Of a stretch of 39,916 nucleotides of DNA, positions 25,726 to 35,717 are shown piece by piece. The notes beneath the pieces are model-generated. The model was given only the letters and a program-made list of their open reading frames with translations. It did not search any database and was not told the DNA's origin. Made by a program: the position numbers and the translations under genes. Position 1 is the stretch's first letter. The number at the start of each line of letters is the position of its first letter. This stretch comes from Candidatus Micrarchaeota archaeon (GTDB lineage: Archaea > Iainarchaeota > Iainarchaeia > Iainarchaeales > 1-14-0-10-31-34), in NCBI GenBank assembly GCA_018829335.1, contig JAHJUD010000054.1:1-39916 (forward strand). Reading direction: 5' to 3'.

Positions 25726-26009
25726 ATTTTTTTTCTTTCAATCCTGAATTCTTTGGTTTTATGGAAAACTACTGCCAGCAAAAACATTAAAACCCCAAAA
25801 ACAAATACACTTAAAGGAAAAGGAACCACATTAGTTTCAGGGTCAAGATAAAAATAAATGCTTAAGGCGATTGCAACAGAAATAGCAAATTCAACAAAAA
25901 GCAATGCAAAAATTCTCTTGTCTTGTTTTCCTTCACTTAAAGTTTCTTTAATGCGATTTTTGTCATTAACAAGTTCTTGTTTTTCTTTTACAAGCCTTTC
26001 TTTAATCAT
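25722..26009 (-). CDS. Hypothetical membrane protein (2 TM)
   Basis: Charged N-terminus plus two hydrophobic helices; co-oriented with the upstream gene. Confidence 0.65.
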   Translation of the reverse strand: MIKERLVKEKQELVNDKNRIKETLSEGKQDKRIFALLFVEFAISVAIALSIYFYLDPETNVVPFPLSVFVFGVLMFLLAVVFHKTKEFRIERKKI

Positions 26010-26026
26010 GCACTAAAATTAAAGGT

Positions 26027-26620
26027 TTAGCTGAATAAAAAGCTTACTATTGAGTCAAAGAAAAAAGCAATTGAACTGATGAATTCATATAACAAAACCT
26101 GATTAAATGCAGCCAAAAAAACACACAAAATCCACAACAGCCTTAACTTATAAGAATAATTAAACAAAAGCAATAAACCCAAAAGAATAAATAAAGGAAA
26201 AAAAACAAAAGGAATTGAAATCAGCAAAATTAATTTTACCAGAATATTTCCTTTAACCAGATTAAAAGAATAAAAGTCCTTGAATGCATTAAAAGTGTTG
26301 CCTGCATCCTGGTCAGAAGGAAAACAATAATGAACTAAACTGAATGCAAGCCACAAAAAAACAAAACCAAAAAAATTCCCTGCAAACAACAAAGAAAAAG
26401 AAAAAGAAAACAAAAAAAAAGCAATCCAGTTTCCTAAAATAAAAGGTGCAAGAGTAATCATAATTGACTTGAAGACATTAGGCTGTTCATGAACAACATA
26501 AGCTTCATTCAAGCCAAAAAACTTTACTTTCTTCACCTTAACGCCAAAAAGAATGCATGCAATTAAATGACTGAATTCATGGAAAATCATGCCAGGAAAA
26601 AAAACAATATTATATTTCAT
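26027..26620 (-). CDS. Membrane zinc metalloprotease-like protein (M50/DUF3267-like)
   Basis: PGMIFHEFSH (HExxH), ITLAPF, FPS.QD, several TM segments. Confidence 0.8.
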   Translation of the reverse strand: MKYNIVFFPGMIFHEFSHLIACILFGVKVKKVKFFGLNEAYVVHEQPNVFKSIMITLAPFILGNWIAFFLFSFSFSLLFAGNFFGFVFLWLAFSLVHYCFPSDQDAGNTFNAFKDFYSFNLVKGNILVKLILLISIPFVFFPLFILLGLLLLFNYSYKLRLLWILCVFLAAFNQVLLYEFISSIAFFFDSIVSFLFS

Positions 26621-26692
26621 TGAATAAGAAAAAGAGAAAACATAAATAAAATAGTAACTGCTTGCAGATTAAAGAAAAAAAATGGAAAAAAA

Positions 26693-26881
26693 TCATTTGA
26701 ATAAATGAAAGACAGCAAAAGAAAAAAGAATAACCATTAATCCTGTCTGCACAAAAGCAACATCATTAAGCCTATACCATTCAATTACGCCGGTAACTGA
26801 ATAAAAAGCTGTTACGCCTAAAACAAGTAAAATACTGCCAAAAGCCCTTGAAGTCATTTTATCACTTTCCAGTAAAAACAA
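26693..26881 (-). CDS. Possible small membrane protein
   Basis: Two hydrophobic segments; no recognisable family; start uncertain. Confidence 0.4.
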   Translation of the reverse strand: MFLLESDKMTSRAFGSILLVLGVTAFYSVTGVIEWYRLNDVAFVQTGLMVILFSFAVFHLFK

Positions 26882-26926
26882 ACAATATTCTGTTTAGACC
26901 TCTTTTTAATTTTTTCTCTTTTTTAA

Positions 26927-28324
26927 ATGATTAGAAAAGGGGGGAAAACTACGAAAAACAATCAAACACCTAATTTTAAGATTAAAAGCATTGAAGCAAT
27001 AAAACTTATTTCAAAAGAAGAAAGAATTAAAGCAATAGAAAAAGCAGGATTAAATATTTTTCTGCTGAAATCAAATGAAATATTCATTGATTTATTGACT
27101 GATTCAGGAACAAATGCAATGAGCCAAGAACAATGGAGTGCAATAATGAAAGCAGATGAAAGCTATGCTGGAGCAAAAAGCTTTGACAATTTTAAGAATT
27201 CAGTTTCAGAAGTAACAGGGTTTGAGTTTGTTCTGCCAGTACATCAGGGAAGGGCAGCAGAACATATTCTTGATTCAGTTTTAATAAAAGAAGGAAATGT
27301 AATTCTTGGAAACATTCATTTTGACACAACTTTAGCGCATATTGAATACAGAAAAGGAATTGGGATAAATTGTGTAATAAAAACAGCATTTGACTGCGAA
27401 AAAAAATGCGATTTCAAAGGAAACATAGATTTAGAAAAGCTTGAGGAAGTGCTTGAAAAAAATAAAGGAAATGTTGCTTATGTTTTGACTACAGTTACAT
27501 GCAATTCAGGCGGAGGCCAGCCTGTTTCAATGGAAAATATCAGAAAAACAAGCGAGTTATGCAAAAAATATTCTGTTCTTTTTTTTCTTGATGCAGCAAG
27601 ATTTGCAGAAAACTGTTTTTTTATTAAGAAAAGAGAAAAAGGATTTGAAAACAAAAGCATTAGAGAAATTGCATTAGAAATGTTTTCTTTTGCTGATGGA
27701 TGTACAATGAGTGCAAAAAAAGACGCAATAGTAAATATGGGAGGATTTATTGGTTTCAGAGAAAAAGAATTATTTGATAAATGCATTCCTTTCTGCATTT
27801 TATTTGAAGGGTTTCCCACTTACGGAGGATTAAGCGGAAGGGATTTAGAAGCAATAGCTGTAGGGTTAAAGGAAGGAATACAAGAAGACTACTTAAGGTA
27901 TAGAATTGGACAGGTTAAGTATTTAGGAGAAGAACTTGAAAAAATTGGAGTGCCAGTAATGAAGCCAATTGGAGGCCATGCAGTTTTTGTTAATGGAAAA
28001 AAATTTCTTTCGCATATTCCACAAGAACAATATCCTTCACACACTCTTGCAGTAGAATTATATATTGAATCAGGAATTAGAGCAGTAGAAATCGGAACAC
28101 TTTTAGCCGGCAGAGATCCAAAAACAGAAAAAGAAATAATGCCTGAATTAGATTTAATGCGTTTGACTATTCCAAGAAGAGTTTACTTAAAAGAACACAT
28201 GGATTATATTGTTGAAGCATTCAAAAAATTAAAGGAAAGAAAAACAGAAATCAAAGGATTAAAATTCAAATTTGAAAGCCCGATCTTAAGGCATTTCCAG
28301 TCAACTTTTACAAGAGCTGAATAG
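26927..28324 (+). CDS. tnaA: Tryptophanase (PLP-dependent beta-eliminating lyase)
   Basis: IDLLTDSGT, HQGRAAE, HFDTT, GGQPVS, DAARFAEN, MSAKKD (PLP Lys), GGHAVF, RLTIPRRVY, LRHF (His as in tryptophanase rather than Phe as in TPL). Confidence 0.9.
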   Translation: MIRKGGKTTKNNQTPNFKIKSIEAIKLISKEERIKAIEKAGLNIFLLKSNEIFIDLLTDSGTNAMSQEQWSAIMKADESYAGAKSFDNFKNSVSEVTGFEFVLPVHQGRAAEHILDSVLIKEGNVILGNIHFDTTLAHIEYRKGIGINCVIKTAFDCEKKCDFKGNIDLEKLEEVLEKNKGNVAYVLTTVTCNSGGGQPVSMENIRKTSELCKKYSVLFFLDAARFAENCFFIKKREKGFENKSIREIALEMFSFADGCTMSAKKDAIVNMGGFIGFREKELFDKCIPFCILFEGFPTYGGLSGRDLEAIAVGLKEGIQEDYLRYRIGQVKYLGEELEKIGVPVMKPIGGHAVFVNGKKFLSHIPQEQYPSHTLAVELYIESGIRAVEIGTLLAGRDPKTEKEIMPELDLMRLTIPRRVYLKEHMDYIVEAFKKLKERKTEIKGLKFKFESPILRHFQSTFTRAE

Positions 28325-28358
28325 AAACTAATTTAAGTTTTCAAAACAATAAGTTATT

Positions 28359-29318
28359 ATGGCTTGGACTATTGTTGAAACACCTAATGCAAAATATATT
28401 TTGGTTTTTGGAGCGCATGACAGGAGAAATATCCCTCCGCCTGCAAAATTTGATGCATTAATATTAGAAACGCCTATAGAACATGCATTCTATTCAGATT
28501 ACCTTGGATATACGCCAAATTTAGACAGAATAGATATGATAAATAAAGCTGTTGCAGAAAACAAGCAAATATGGCTGACTGATGTAAATTTAACTAAGAA
28601 ATCTCATCAGGATTATGAACAGAAGAAACTTAAAATGCCAGAGATTAGAGAAAAAACCGTAAAAAAAATAATAGCTGGAAGTGGTCTTTTATCTTTAATT
28701 TCTTCATTATTATATGTTAAAAAAAAGGTAAATAATAAAATGAACAGAAGAAAGTTCATAAAAAAAGCAGCAATAAGTGTGGCAATTCTTGCAGTCCCTC
28801 CTATTGTGGCAACACCAATAGCAAACAAAATAATTTACAACCTAAATATAAACGATGGCGAAATAAGAGTTCCTATTTTATGGGATTTAACTACACAATT
28901 AGACAAAATATTATATGGAGAAGAAGCGTTAAAAGGGATAGTAACAATAAGAAATGCAATTACAGCACAAAAAGCAGAAGCATTTCTTGCACCAAAACTA
29001 AAACAAGAACTAAACAGAAAGCCGGTAATAGCAATGGTCTGGGGCGCAGGGCATTATGAAATAAAAAGACTTTTAAAGCATCCTAATGAAAGATACAGGA
29101 TTCTAAAGAAAAATAAACTAGAAGATTATGTGCAAAAAGATTACCCAAAAAGCTACAGAGTACAATTTAATGAAAAAGGACAAATAACAAGAACTAAAGA
29201 ATTCAAAGAAACACTCAAAATTCCTGAAACCCCAAAAAAAAGAATCACAAGAGGAAGTGGAAACACTAAAATAAGCAGAAGGGAATTTTTTAGGACAATG
29301 ATAAGAAGAAGAGTTTAA
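28359..29318 (+). CDS. Hypothetical protein, TraB/Tiki/ChaN-like motifs, internal TM pair with RRxF motifs
   Basis: FGAH, LILE, RNAI.A, MVWGAGH; internal MNRRKFIK+hydrophobic segment; C-terminal SRREFF. Confidence 0.6.
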   Translation: MAWTIVETPNAKYILVFGAHDRRNIPPPAKFDALILETPIEHAFYSDYLGYTPNLDRIDMINKAVAENKQIWLTDVNLTKKSHQDYEQKKLKMPEIREKTVKKIIAGSGLLSLISSLLYVKKKVNNKMNRRKFIKKAAISVAILAVPPIVATPIANKIIYNLNINDGEIRVPILWDLTTQLDKILYGEEALKGIVTIRNAITAQKAEAFLAPKLKQELNRKPVIAMVWGAGHYEIKRLLKHPNERYRILKKNKLEDYVQKDYPKSYRVQFNEKGQITRTKEFKETLKIPETPKKRITRGSGNTKISRREFFRTMIRRRV

Positions 29319-29319
29319 T

Positions 29320-29814
29320 TCATTCTCTTGAAAATAACCCCATTTCTTCATCTAATTGTTTTGCAGTTTCTTCCATTCTTTTAAAAACCAAGTCAATTTC
29401 GTCTTGAAGCTCTTTAATTGTTCTAAACATTGACTTGCTTCTTGCCCTGAACTTGCTTCCCTGCCTTAATATAAGCCCAGACCTTAAAAGATTATTTAAA
29501 TGATTAATTACTGCTCCTCTGCTCATTCCAACTCTTTCAGAGATTTCAGTTGAAGTCAAGAGTTTACCTTCAGCAGCATCAGCCCCCTTAACAAGTTCCT
29601 TAAAGACTAAAGCAGCTGTTTTACCTTTATCTATAGGCTCAAAAAAGCCAAGGCATTGCAATAACCAGTTAAATTCTTCATCCATTTGGCTTGAAAAAGG
29701 CTGTTCCACCCTTCTGATAACAATCTGAAACCTGTGATTGCCTCTGGAATCAGGTTTCCTGTGAGTTAAAAAAAACCTTTGATTAAAAGAAAGCAGTTTA
29801 GGGTCTTGTTCCAT
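29320..29814 (-). CDS. Winged-helix transcriptional regulator divergent from grpE-dnaK-dnaJ
   Basis: LTSTEISERVGMSRGAVINHLNNLLRSGLI wHTH plus C-terminal coiled coil; start uncertain. Confidence 0.8.
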   Translation of the reverse strand: MEQDPKLLSFNQRFFLTHRKPDSRGNHRFQIVIRRVEQPFSSQMDEEFNWLLQCLGFFEPIDKGKTAALVFKELVKGADAAEGKLLTSTEISERVGMSRGAVINHLNNLLRSGLILRQGSKFRARSKSMFRTIKELQDEIDLVFKRMEETAKQLDEEMGLFSRE

Positions 29815-29888
29815 GAGAAAATAATAAGACAAAAGATTTAAAATGATTTTGTTTAAAGAGTTTAGTCATTGTTGAATCTTTTTGGACA

Positions 29889-30479
29889 GTGGTTGATTTG
29901 ATTGAGCAGAAAAAAGATGATGAAAAAAACAAAAAACAGCATGAACAGCCTGAAGAAATAGGAAAACAGGAAACTGACCTAAAACAAGCTAAAATAGAGG
30001 AATTAACTGAATTAGTCAAAAGAATTCAGGCAGAATTCGAGAATTTCAAGAAAAGAGAAGAAAAAGACAGAATGAAATTTGTTGAATACAGTAATGCAGG
30101 ATTAATGCTTGACCTGCTTCCTGTCCTTGATTCAATTGAATCAGGAGAAAAAAACTGGGATGAAAAAACAATCAACGCATTTGAACCAATAAAAAAACAA
30201 TTAACTGAAGTGCTCAAAAAAAACGGATTAAAAGAAATTAACTCAAAAGGAAAAAAATTTGATCCAGAAATCCATGACTGCTTAATGCAAGAACACAACG
30301 AAAAAAAAGAAGATTATGAAGTATTAGAAGAACTGCAGAAAGGCTATTTTTTGAAAGATAAAGTGTTAAGGCACTCAAAAGTTAAAATCAACAGAAAACC
30401 CGAAAAAGAGACAGAAAACAAACAAGAAAAAACTGAAGAAGAAACAGGAAACCAGAAAACCATGCCTGAAAAGGAGTGA
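29889..30479 (+). CDS. grpE: Nucleotide exchange factor GrpE
   Basis: RIQAEFENFKKR, LLPVLDS, FDPEIHD, LQKGY.L.DKVLR.SKV. Confidence 0.96.
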   Translation: MVDLIEQKKDDEKNKKQHEQPEEIGKQETDLKQAKIEELTELVKRIQAEFENFKKREEKDRMKFVEYSNAGLMLDLLPVLDSIESGEKNWDEKTINAFEPIKKQLTEVLKKNGLKEINSKGKKFDPEIHDCLMQEHNEKKEDYEVLEELQKGYFLKDKVLRHSKVKINRKPEKETENKQEKTEEETGNQKTMPEKE

Positions 30480-30484
30480 TTGAA

Positions 30485-30616
30485 ATGAAAGAAAAAAAAT
30501 TGCAGGAAGAATTAAATGATTTTGACGACGAGATTCCATTAGAAATCCCTGAAGAAATAAAGCCTGAAATAAGCGAAGAAGAAAAAAAATTAAGGTTTAA
30601 AGTTTATGCTAACTGA
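30485..30616 (+). CDS. 43-aa acidic small protein between grpE and dnaK (not in ORF track)
   Basis: MKEKKLQEELNDFDDEIPLEIPEEIKPEISEEEKKLRFKVYAN; GGAGTGA SD overlapping the grpE stop; host-like codons. Confidence 0.55.
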   Translation: MKEKKLQEELNDFDDEIPLEIPEEIKPEISEEEKKLRFKVYAN

Positions 30617-30655
30617 AATTCAAAATTTAGGAGCAATAATTAAAAAGGTGATAAA

Positions 30656-32533
30656 ATGAGTAAAGTGATTGGTATTGATCTCGGCACAAGTAATTCTGCA
30701 GCAGCAGTATTAGAAGGAGGAAAACCAAAAATAATTCCTTCAGCTGAAGGCGCAAGTTTGTATGGAAAAGCTTTTCCTTCTGTTGTGGCTTTTACAAAAG
30801 ACGGGCAAATGCTTGTAGGAGAACCGGCAAAAAGACAGGCAGTAAGCAATCCAGAAGGAACAATTACTGGCGCAAAAAGAAAAATGGGAACTTCATTCAA
30901 ATACAAAGCCCAAGGAAAAGAATATACCCCTCAACAGATTTCTGCTTTTATTTTACAAAAAATAAAAAAAGACGCTGAAAGCTTTTTAGGAGAAAAAATA
31001 GAAAAAGCAGTTATAACAGTTCCAGCATATTTTGACGACAACCAAAGACAAGCAACAAAAGACGCAGGAAAAATTGCAGGATTAGAAGTTATTAGAATTG
31101 TAAATGAACCAACTGCAGCATCACTTGCTTATGGATTAGACAAAAAAGGAAAAGACAGGAAAATTTTAGTGTTTGATTTTGGCGGAGGAACATTAGATGT
31201 AACAGTAATGGAATTCGGCGACGGAGTATTTGAAGTAAAATCAACTTCAGGAGACACTCAATTAGGCGGAAGAGACATGGACGAGGTTGTACAAAAATAC
31301 ATTATAGAAAAATTCAAAACAGAAGAAGCAGCAGACTTAACAAAAGACAAAATGGCAATGCAAAGATTAAATGAAGCAGCAGAAAAAGCAAAAATTGAAT
31401 TAAGCAATGTAATTGAAACAGAAATTAATCTGCCTTATATTACTGTAACACAAGAAGGCCCAAAACATTTAGTAATGAAATTAAACAAAGCAAAATTAGA
31501 AGAATTAGTTAAACCAATTGTTTCAAAATGCGAAAAACCAGTAAACCATGCTCTTGCAGACGCAAAACTTACTCCGGCAGAAATAGACAAAGTAATAATG
31601 GTCGGAGGCCCTACAAGAATGCCTATAGTACAAGAATTCGTGGAAAAAATCGTAGGCAAAAAAGTTGAAAGAGGAATTGACCCAATGGAATGCGTTGCAA
31701 TGGGTGCAGCAGTACAGGCAGGAGTATTATCAGGAGAAGTAAAAGATATTTTATTGCTTGATGTAACTCCATTAAGTTTGGGAATAGAAACTCTTGGAGG
31801 AGTTTTTACAAAACAAATTGAAAGAAACACTACTATTCCAACAAAAAAAAGCCAGATTTTTTCAACTGCAGCAGACAATCAGACTGCAGTAGACATTCAT
31901 GTATTACAAGGAGAAAGAACAATGGCTTCAGACAACAAAACTTTAGGAAGATTCCAGTTAATTGGAATTCCTCCTGCGCCTCGTGGGATACCTCAAATTG
32001 AAGTGACTTTTGACATTGATGCAAACGGAATAGTGCATGTAACAGCAAAAGACATGGGAACAGGAAAAAGCCAGAAAATTTCAATTGTTGCATCAGAGAA
32101 ATTAAATGAAACAGAAATAGAAAAAATGAAAAAAGAAGCAGAACAGTTTGCTGAAACAGACAAAAAGAAAAAAGAAGAAATAGACACAATTAATCAGGCA
32201 GATGCAATAGTATACCAGACAGAAAAAACTTTGAAAGACATGGAAGGAAAAGTTGACTCAAAAAAAATTCAGGGAATAAAAGATGAAGTAGCAGAACTCA
32301 AAAAACTGCTTGAACCAAAAGAAAAAGATGTTACAGCAATCAAAACAAAATTAGATGAAGTGAATAAATTATTTCAGGAAGCTTCAACTGAATTATACCA
32401 GAAAGCCTCTCAACAAGCACAAGGGCAAACAGGAGAAAAAGAAGAAAAAAACAAAGACGAAAAAGTAGTTGACGCAGACTATAAAATGGAAGACGAAAAC
32501 AAAGACGAAAAAAAAGAAAAAAAGAAAAAATAA
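30656..32533 (+). CDS. dnaK: Molecular chaperone DnaK (Hsp70)
   Basis: [58 protein letters not shown]. Confidence 0.98.
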   Translation: MSKVIGIDLGTSNSAAAVLEGGKPKIIPSAEGASLYGKAFPSVVAFTKDGQMLVGEPAKRQAVSNPEGTITGAKRKMGTSFKYKAQGKEYTPQQISAFILQKIKKDAESFLGEKIEKAVITVPAYFDDNQRQATKDAGKIAGLEVIRIVNEPTAASLAYGLDKKGKDRKILVFDFGGGTLDVTVMEFGDGVFEVKSTSGDTQLGGRDMDEVVQKYIIEKFKTEEAADLTKDKMAMQRLNEAAEKAKIELSNVIETEINLPYITVTQEGPKHLVMKLNKAKLEELVKPIVSKCEKPVNHALADAKLTPAEIDKVIMVGGPTRMPIVQEFVEKIVGKKVERGIDPMECVAMGAAVQAGVLSGEVKDILLLDVTPLSLGIETLGGVFTKQIERNTTIPTKKSQIFSTAADNQTAVDIHVLQGERTMASDNKTLGRFQLIGIPPAPRGIPQIEVTFDIDANGIVHVTAKDMGTGKSQKISIVASEKLNETEIEKMKKEAEQFAETDKKKKEEIDTINQADAIVYQTEKTLKDMEGKVDSKKIQGIKDEVAELKKLLEPKEKDVTAIKTKLDEVNKLFQEASTELYQKASQQAQGQTGEKEEKNKDEKVVDADYKMEDENKDEKKEKKKK

Positions 32534-32705
32534 GGAAAAAAAGAACCGAAAAAATAAATTCAAATAAAAAAAGCAAAATCAGAAAAAGAAGAAAATAGTT
32601 GAAAAAAATTAAAAAGAAAAAAATAATTTAAAAACCCTCGCGAAAAAAAAAGGAAAGGAAAAAAAATAATTCAGGTTAAATTACTTTCCTTCCTTTTTTT
32701 TATTC

Positions 32706-32799
32706 TTTTCGCGATTCCGCTCGCGAGCCACGGTGCACGCCGTAAAGGCGTGCTAGTCCAGCTTTATGCTGGACCTCGTGCTCAAACGGCGAAACGTTT
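32706..32799 (-). repeat. 94-nt GC-rich multi-hairpin repeat element, copy 2 (inverted relative to copy 1)
   Basis: Reverse complement is 85/94 identical to 6111-6204; hairpins GCACGCC-GTAAA-GGCGTGC and GTCCAGC-TTTAT-GCTGGAC. Confidence 0.92.
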
Positions 32800-32811
32800 G
32801 CGTGACAGTTT

Positions 32812-33936
32812 ATGAGTGAGAAAAGAGAGTATTACGAAATTTTAGGATTAAAAAAAGGCGCTTCAATTCAAGAAGTAAAAGAAGCCTACAAAAAACTGGC
32901 AAAAAAATACCATCCGGATATATCCAAAGAAGAAAACGCAGAAGAAAAATTCAAAGAAGTATTAGAAGCTTATTCTGTTTTAAGCAATCCGCAAAAAAAA
33001 GAAAATTACGATAAATTCGGCCATGCGGCAGAAGGCTTTCAAGGATATGGCGGATTTGGAGGCCAAGGATTTGATTTTTCTGCAATGGACTTTGATTTCG
33101 ATGACTTATTCAAGAATTTTGGCTTTGGAGACATTTTTGGTTCAAGGCAGAGAAGAGGGCCAAGAAAAGGAGTTGACTTAAGGTTTGACTTAAGCATTGA
33201 ATTTGAGGAATCAGCTTTTGGAGTAAAAAAAGAAATTGAAATAGAAAGAATTGAAGCATGCGATAAATGCAGTGGTTCTGGATCAGAAAAAGAAGAAGAC
33301 CTGGTTTCTTGTTCTCAATGCAATGGAACAGGAATGCAGACTCACTCGCAAAGAACTCCTTTTGGAACATTTAATACAAGAACTACCTGCAGGAAATGCA
33401 GAGGAGAAGGAAGAACAGTAAAAAATCCCTGCACTAAATGCAATGGAACAGGAAGAATAAGAAAAAAAAGAAAAATAACTGTTGCAATTCCAGAAGGAAT
33501 ACAAAACGGTGCATATTTAAGATTAAGAAATGAAGGAAATGCAGGAGAAAGAGGCGCAGGAAACGGAGACTTATATGTTGTAATATTCATTGAACCCCAT
33601 GAATTCTTTAAAAGAGATGAAGCAGACATTTACGGAGAAGTGCCAATAACTTTTTCTTTGGCTGCATTAGGCGGAGAAATTGATGTTCCTACATTAAAAG
33701 GAAAAGCAAAATTAAAAGTCCCTTCAGGAACACAGACAGGAACAATTTTCAGATTAAAAGAAAAAGGAATAAAAGACATTGAAGAAGGCGGTTTTGGAGA
33801 CGAATACATTAAAGTTATTTTAAGGACTCCGGAAAAGCTTTCAAAAAAACAAAAAGAATTATTTGAGGAATTAAAAGAAGGGGAAAAAACAACAGAAAAC
33901 GGTTTTTTTAAGAAATTCAAGAAAGTATTTAAGTGA
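32812..33936 (+). CDS. dnaJ: Molecular chaperone DnaJ
   Basis: J domain with HPD, G/F-rich region, four CxxCxGxG repeats. Confidence 0.98.
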   Translation: MSEKREYYEILGLKKGASIQEVKEAYKKLAKKYHPDISKEENAEEKFKEVLEAYSVLSNPQKKENYDKFGHAAEGFQGYGGFGGQGFDFSAMDFDFDDLFKNFGFGDIFGSRQRRGPRKGVDLRFDLSIEFEESAFGVKKEIEIERIEACDKCSGSGSEKEEDLVSCSQCNGTGMQTHSQRTPFGTFNTRTTCRKCRGEGRTVKNPCTKCNGTGRIRKKRKITVAIPEGIQNGAYLRLRNEGNAGERGAGNGDLYVVIFIEPHEFFKRDEADIYGEVPITFSLAALGGEIDVPTLKGKAKLKVPSGTQTGTIFRLKEKGIKDIEEGGFGDEYIKVILRTPEKLSKKQKELFEELKEGEKTTENGFFKKFKKVFK

Positions 33937-33970
33937 AAGAATTAATATAAGAAAAACTATTCTATTAAAG

Positions 33971-34546
33971 ATGATTCCAGAAAAAATAAAGAAAGAGTTT
34001 AGAATCGGCTTTGTGATTTTTGCCTTGATTATTTTAATAAGCTATTATCTGATTTTAGGAGAAAGTCCTTTTTTTGATTCATTAGAAGCAAGAATTTATT
34101 TTGTTTTGATGGTTACTTCAATGGTTGTTTTTGCTTCACTTCTGGAAAACTATATTGGATGGAACAATAAAAGACCTGAAAAATTAAAGGAAAGATTCAA
34201 GCAGATTACTTTCCTGCTTTCAGTTCCATTTCTTTTTCTTGTGTTAACCAACTGGGGTTATACGTTTTTTTTAATTCTTTTAATGGGAATTCCTTTAGGG
34301 CTTTCAATAGCTGAAGGGATTCCAATATTCCATTACATTAAACCAACAGCAAAAAAAGTGTTATTGGCTTTTGCTGTATTTGCATTGCTTTATTTTACTG
34401 CAAAAACATTTTATTCAATTAAATTACTGGATAAAGAAACAGTTTATGTTTTTCTGATAAGTTATATGGTTTCAAGCATTCTGGCTAATTTCTTTTATGT
34501 AATCAAAAGAGCGAGAAAAAGTTTTAATAAGAAGAAAAGACAATAA
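33971..34546 (+). CDS. Hypothetical multi-pass membrane protein
   Basis: About 6 hydrophobic segments; no family recognised. Confidence 0.7.
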   Translation: MIPEKIKKEFRIGFVIFALIILISYYLILGESPFFDSLEARIYFVLMVTSMVVFASLLENYIGWNNKRPEKLKERFKQITFLLSVPFLFLVLTNWGYTFFLILLMGIPLGLSIAEGIPIFHYIKPTAKKVLLAFAVFALLYFTAKTFYSIKLLDKETVYVFLISYMVSSILANFFYVIKRARKSFNKKKRQ

Positions 34547-34560
34547 TATGAAGTGATTAA

Positions 34561-35091
34561 ATGAAAACAAGAGGAAAATTATTGCTAGTGCTTCTTGCAG
34601 CATTAATACTTTTATATTTTGTTTACGTTGAAGGAATATTCAATGTAGTTTCATTTGAAAATGGATTAGAAAAACTAAGTGCAATAGACCAGGAATTTGA
34701 ATTAGAAGGAAAACTTGTTCCAGCACAAAAAGAAAAAATAAGCCAATACAACACAAAACTGGTTGACCTGGAAACAGAATTAAGCAAAAAAACATCAAAT
34801 GAAGACATTAAGGCATTAAATTACTTGATTGATGCAAGAAAAGAACTTGTTTTAATGCAGCTGAATTTAATTGAATTCCAGGAAACAAGAGAATGCTCAA
34901 GACAACTTGAATTAATTGACTCAATAATGAGTTCAGCAGTTTCAGCAAGAGATTCAGTGCAAAACTACCTTACAAATTATTCTTCTTTTTCAGACAAAAC
35001 AACAGAATGGAATCAAAACGTTTTAGATACAACAAATTCTGTTGAGCTTTCATTCAGGGAATTGCAGGAAAGCATTTCACAAACTTGTTAA
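34561..35091 (+). CDS. Hypothetical membrane-anchored helical protein
   Basis: N-terminal TM/signal then amphipathic helices; two Cys. Confidence 0.7.
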   Translation: MKTRGKLLLVLLAALILLYFVYVEGIFNVVSFENGLEKLSAIDQEFELEGKLVPAQKEKISQYNTKLVDLETELSKKTSNEDIKALNYLIDARKELVLMQLNLIEFQETRECSRQLELIDSIMSSAVSARDSVQNYLTNYSSFSDKTTEWNQNVLDTTNSVELSFRELQESISQTC

Positions 35092-35114
35092 GCTTTTTCA
35101 CTTAAACTGTTTTT

Positions 35115-35717
35115 ATGAAAAAGCTTGTATTTGAAGGCGCAGAAGCAAGAACATATTTAACTGAATTCGATGGAAGACAGGCAATAGAAAAAAAAAGAAT
35201 CCCAAAAAAATACAGGCACAAAAAACTTGATGACAAAATAAGAAATACACGGACAAGAGATGAAGTTAATTTGCTTCACAAAGCAAAGCTTGCAGGAATA
35301 AGGACTCCAGTAATTTATTCAGTAGACAAAAAAAATTCAGTTATTGTAATGGAATACTTAAAAGCAAAAAAACTCAAAGAACAAATTAATTCAATGAAAA
35401 TAAAAAATTTCAGCCAAACAGGAAAAGAAATTGCATTGCTTCACAAGGCAGGAATCGTCCACGGAGATTTAACCACAAACAATATTCTTTTAGAAAAGGA
35501 AAAACTCTTTTTCCTTGATTTTGGGCTTGGATTTAACTCAAATAAAATAGAAGATTTTGCTGTTGACTTGCTTGGATTCAAAAAAACTTTTCTTTCAGGC
35601 AATCCTGAAAAAAGAAAAGAATGGAAGGAAATAGAAAAAGGCTATTGTTTCTGGGAAAAAAGAAAAGAAGTTATTGGCAGGATAAAAGACATTGAGAAAA
35701 GGGCAAGATACCTTTAA
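35115..35717 (+). CDS. bud32: KEOPS kinase/ATPase Bud32
   Basis: GAEA, K.R.PKKYRH..LD..IR..RT..E, HGDLTT.N, DFGL, EDFAVDL, IEKRARY. Confidence 0.95.
   Translation: MKKLVFEGAEARTYLTEFDGRQAIEKKRIPKKYRHKKLDDKIRNTRTRDEVNLLHKAKLAGIRTPVIYSVDKKNSVIVMEYLKAKKLKEQINSMKIKNFSQTGKEIALLHKAGIVHGDLTTNNILLEKEKLFFLDFGLGFNSNKIEDFAVDLLGFKKTFLSGNPEKRKEWKEIEKGYCFWEKRKEVIGRIKDIEKRARYL

Noticed and set aside
32706-32811. 94-nt element as an intact integron attC site or a tRNA/SRP/RNase P fragment
   Set aside because: It ends in GTTTGCG rather than GTTRRRY with no RYYYAAC partner; there is no cloverleaf or T-loop; no integrase in the window.
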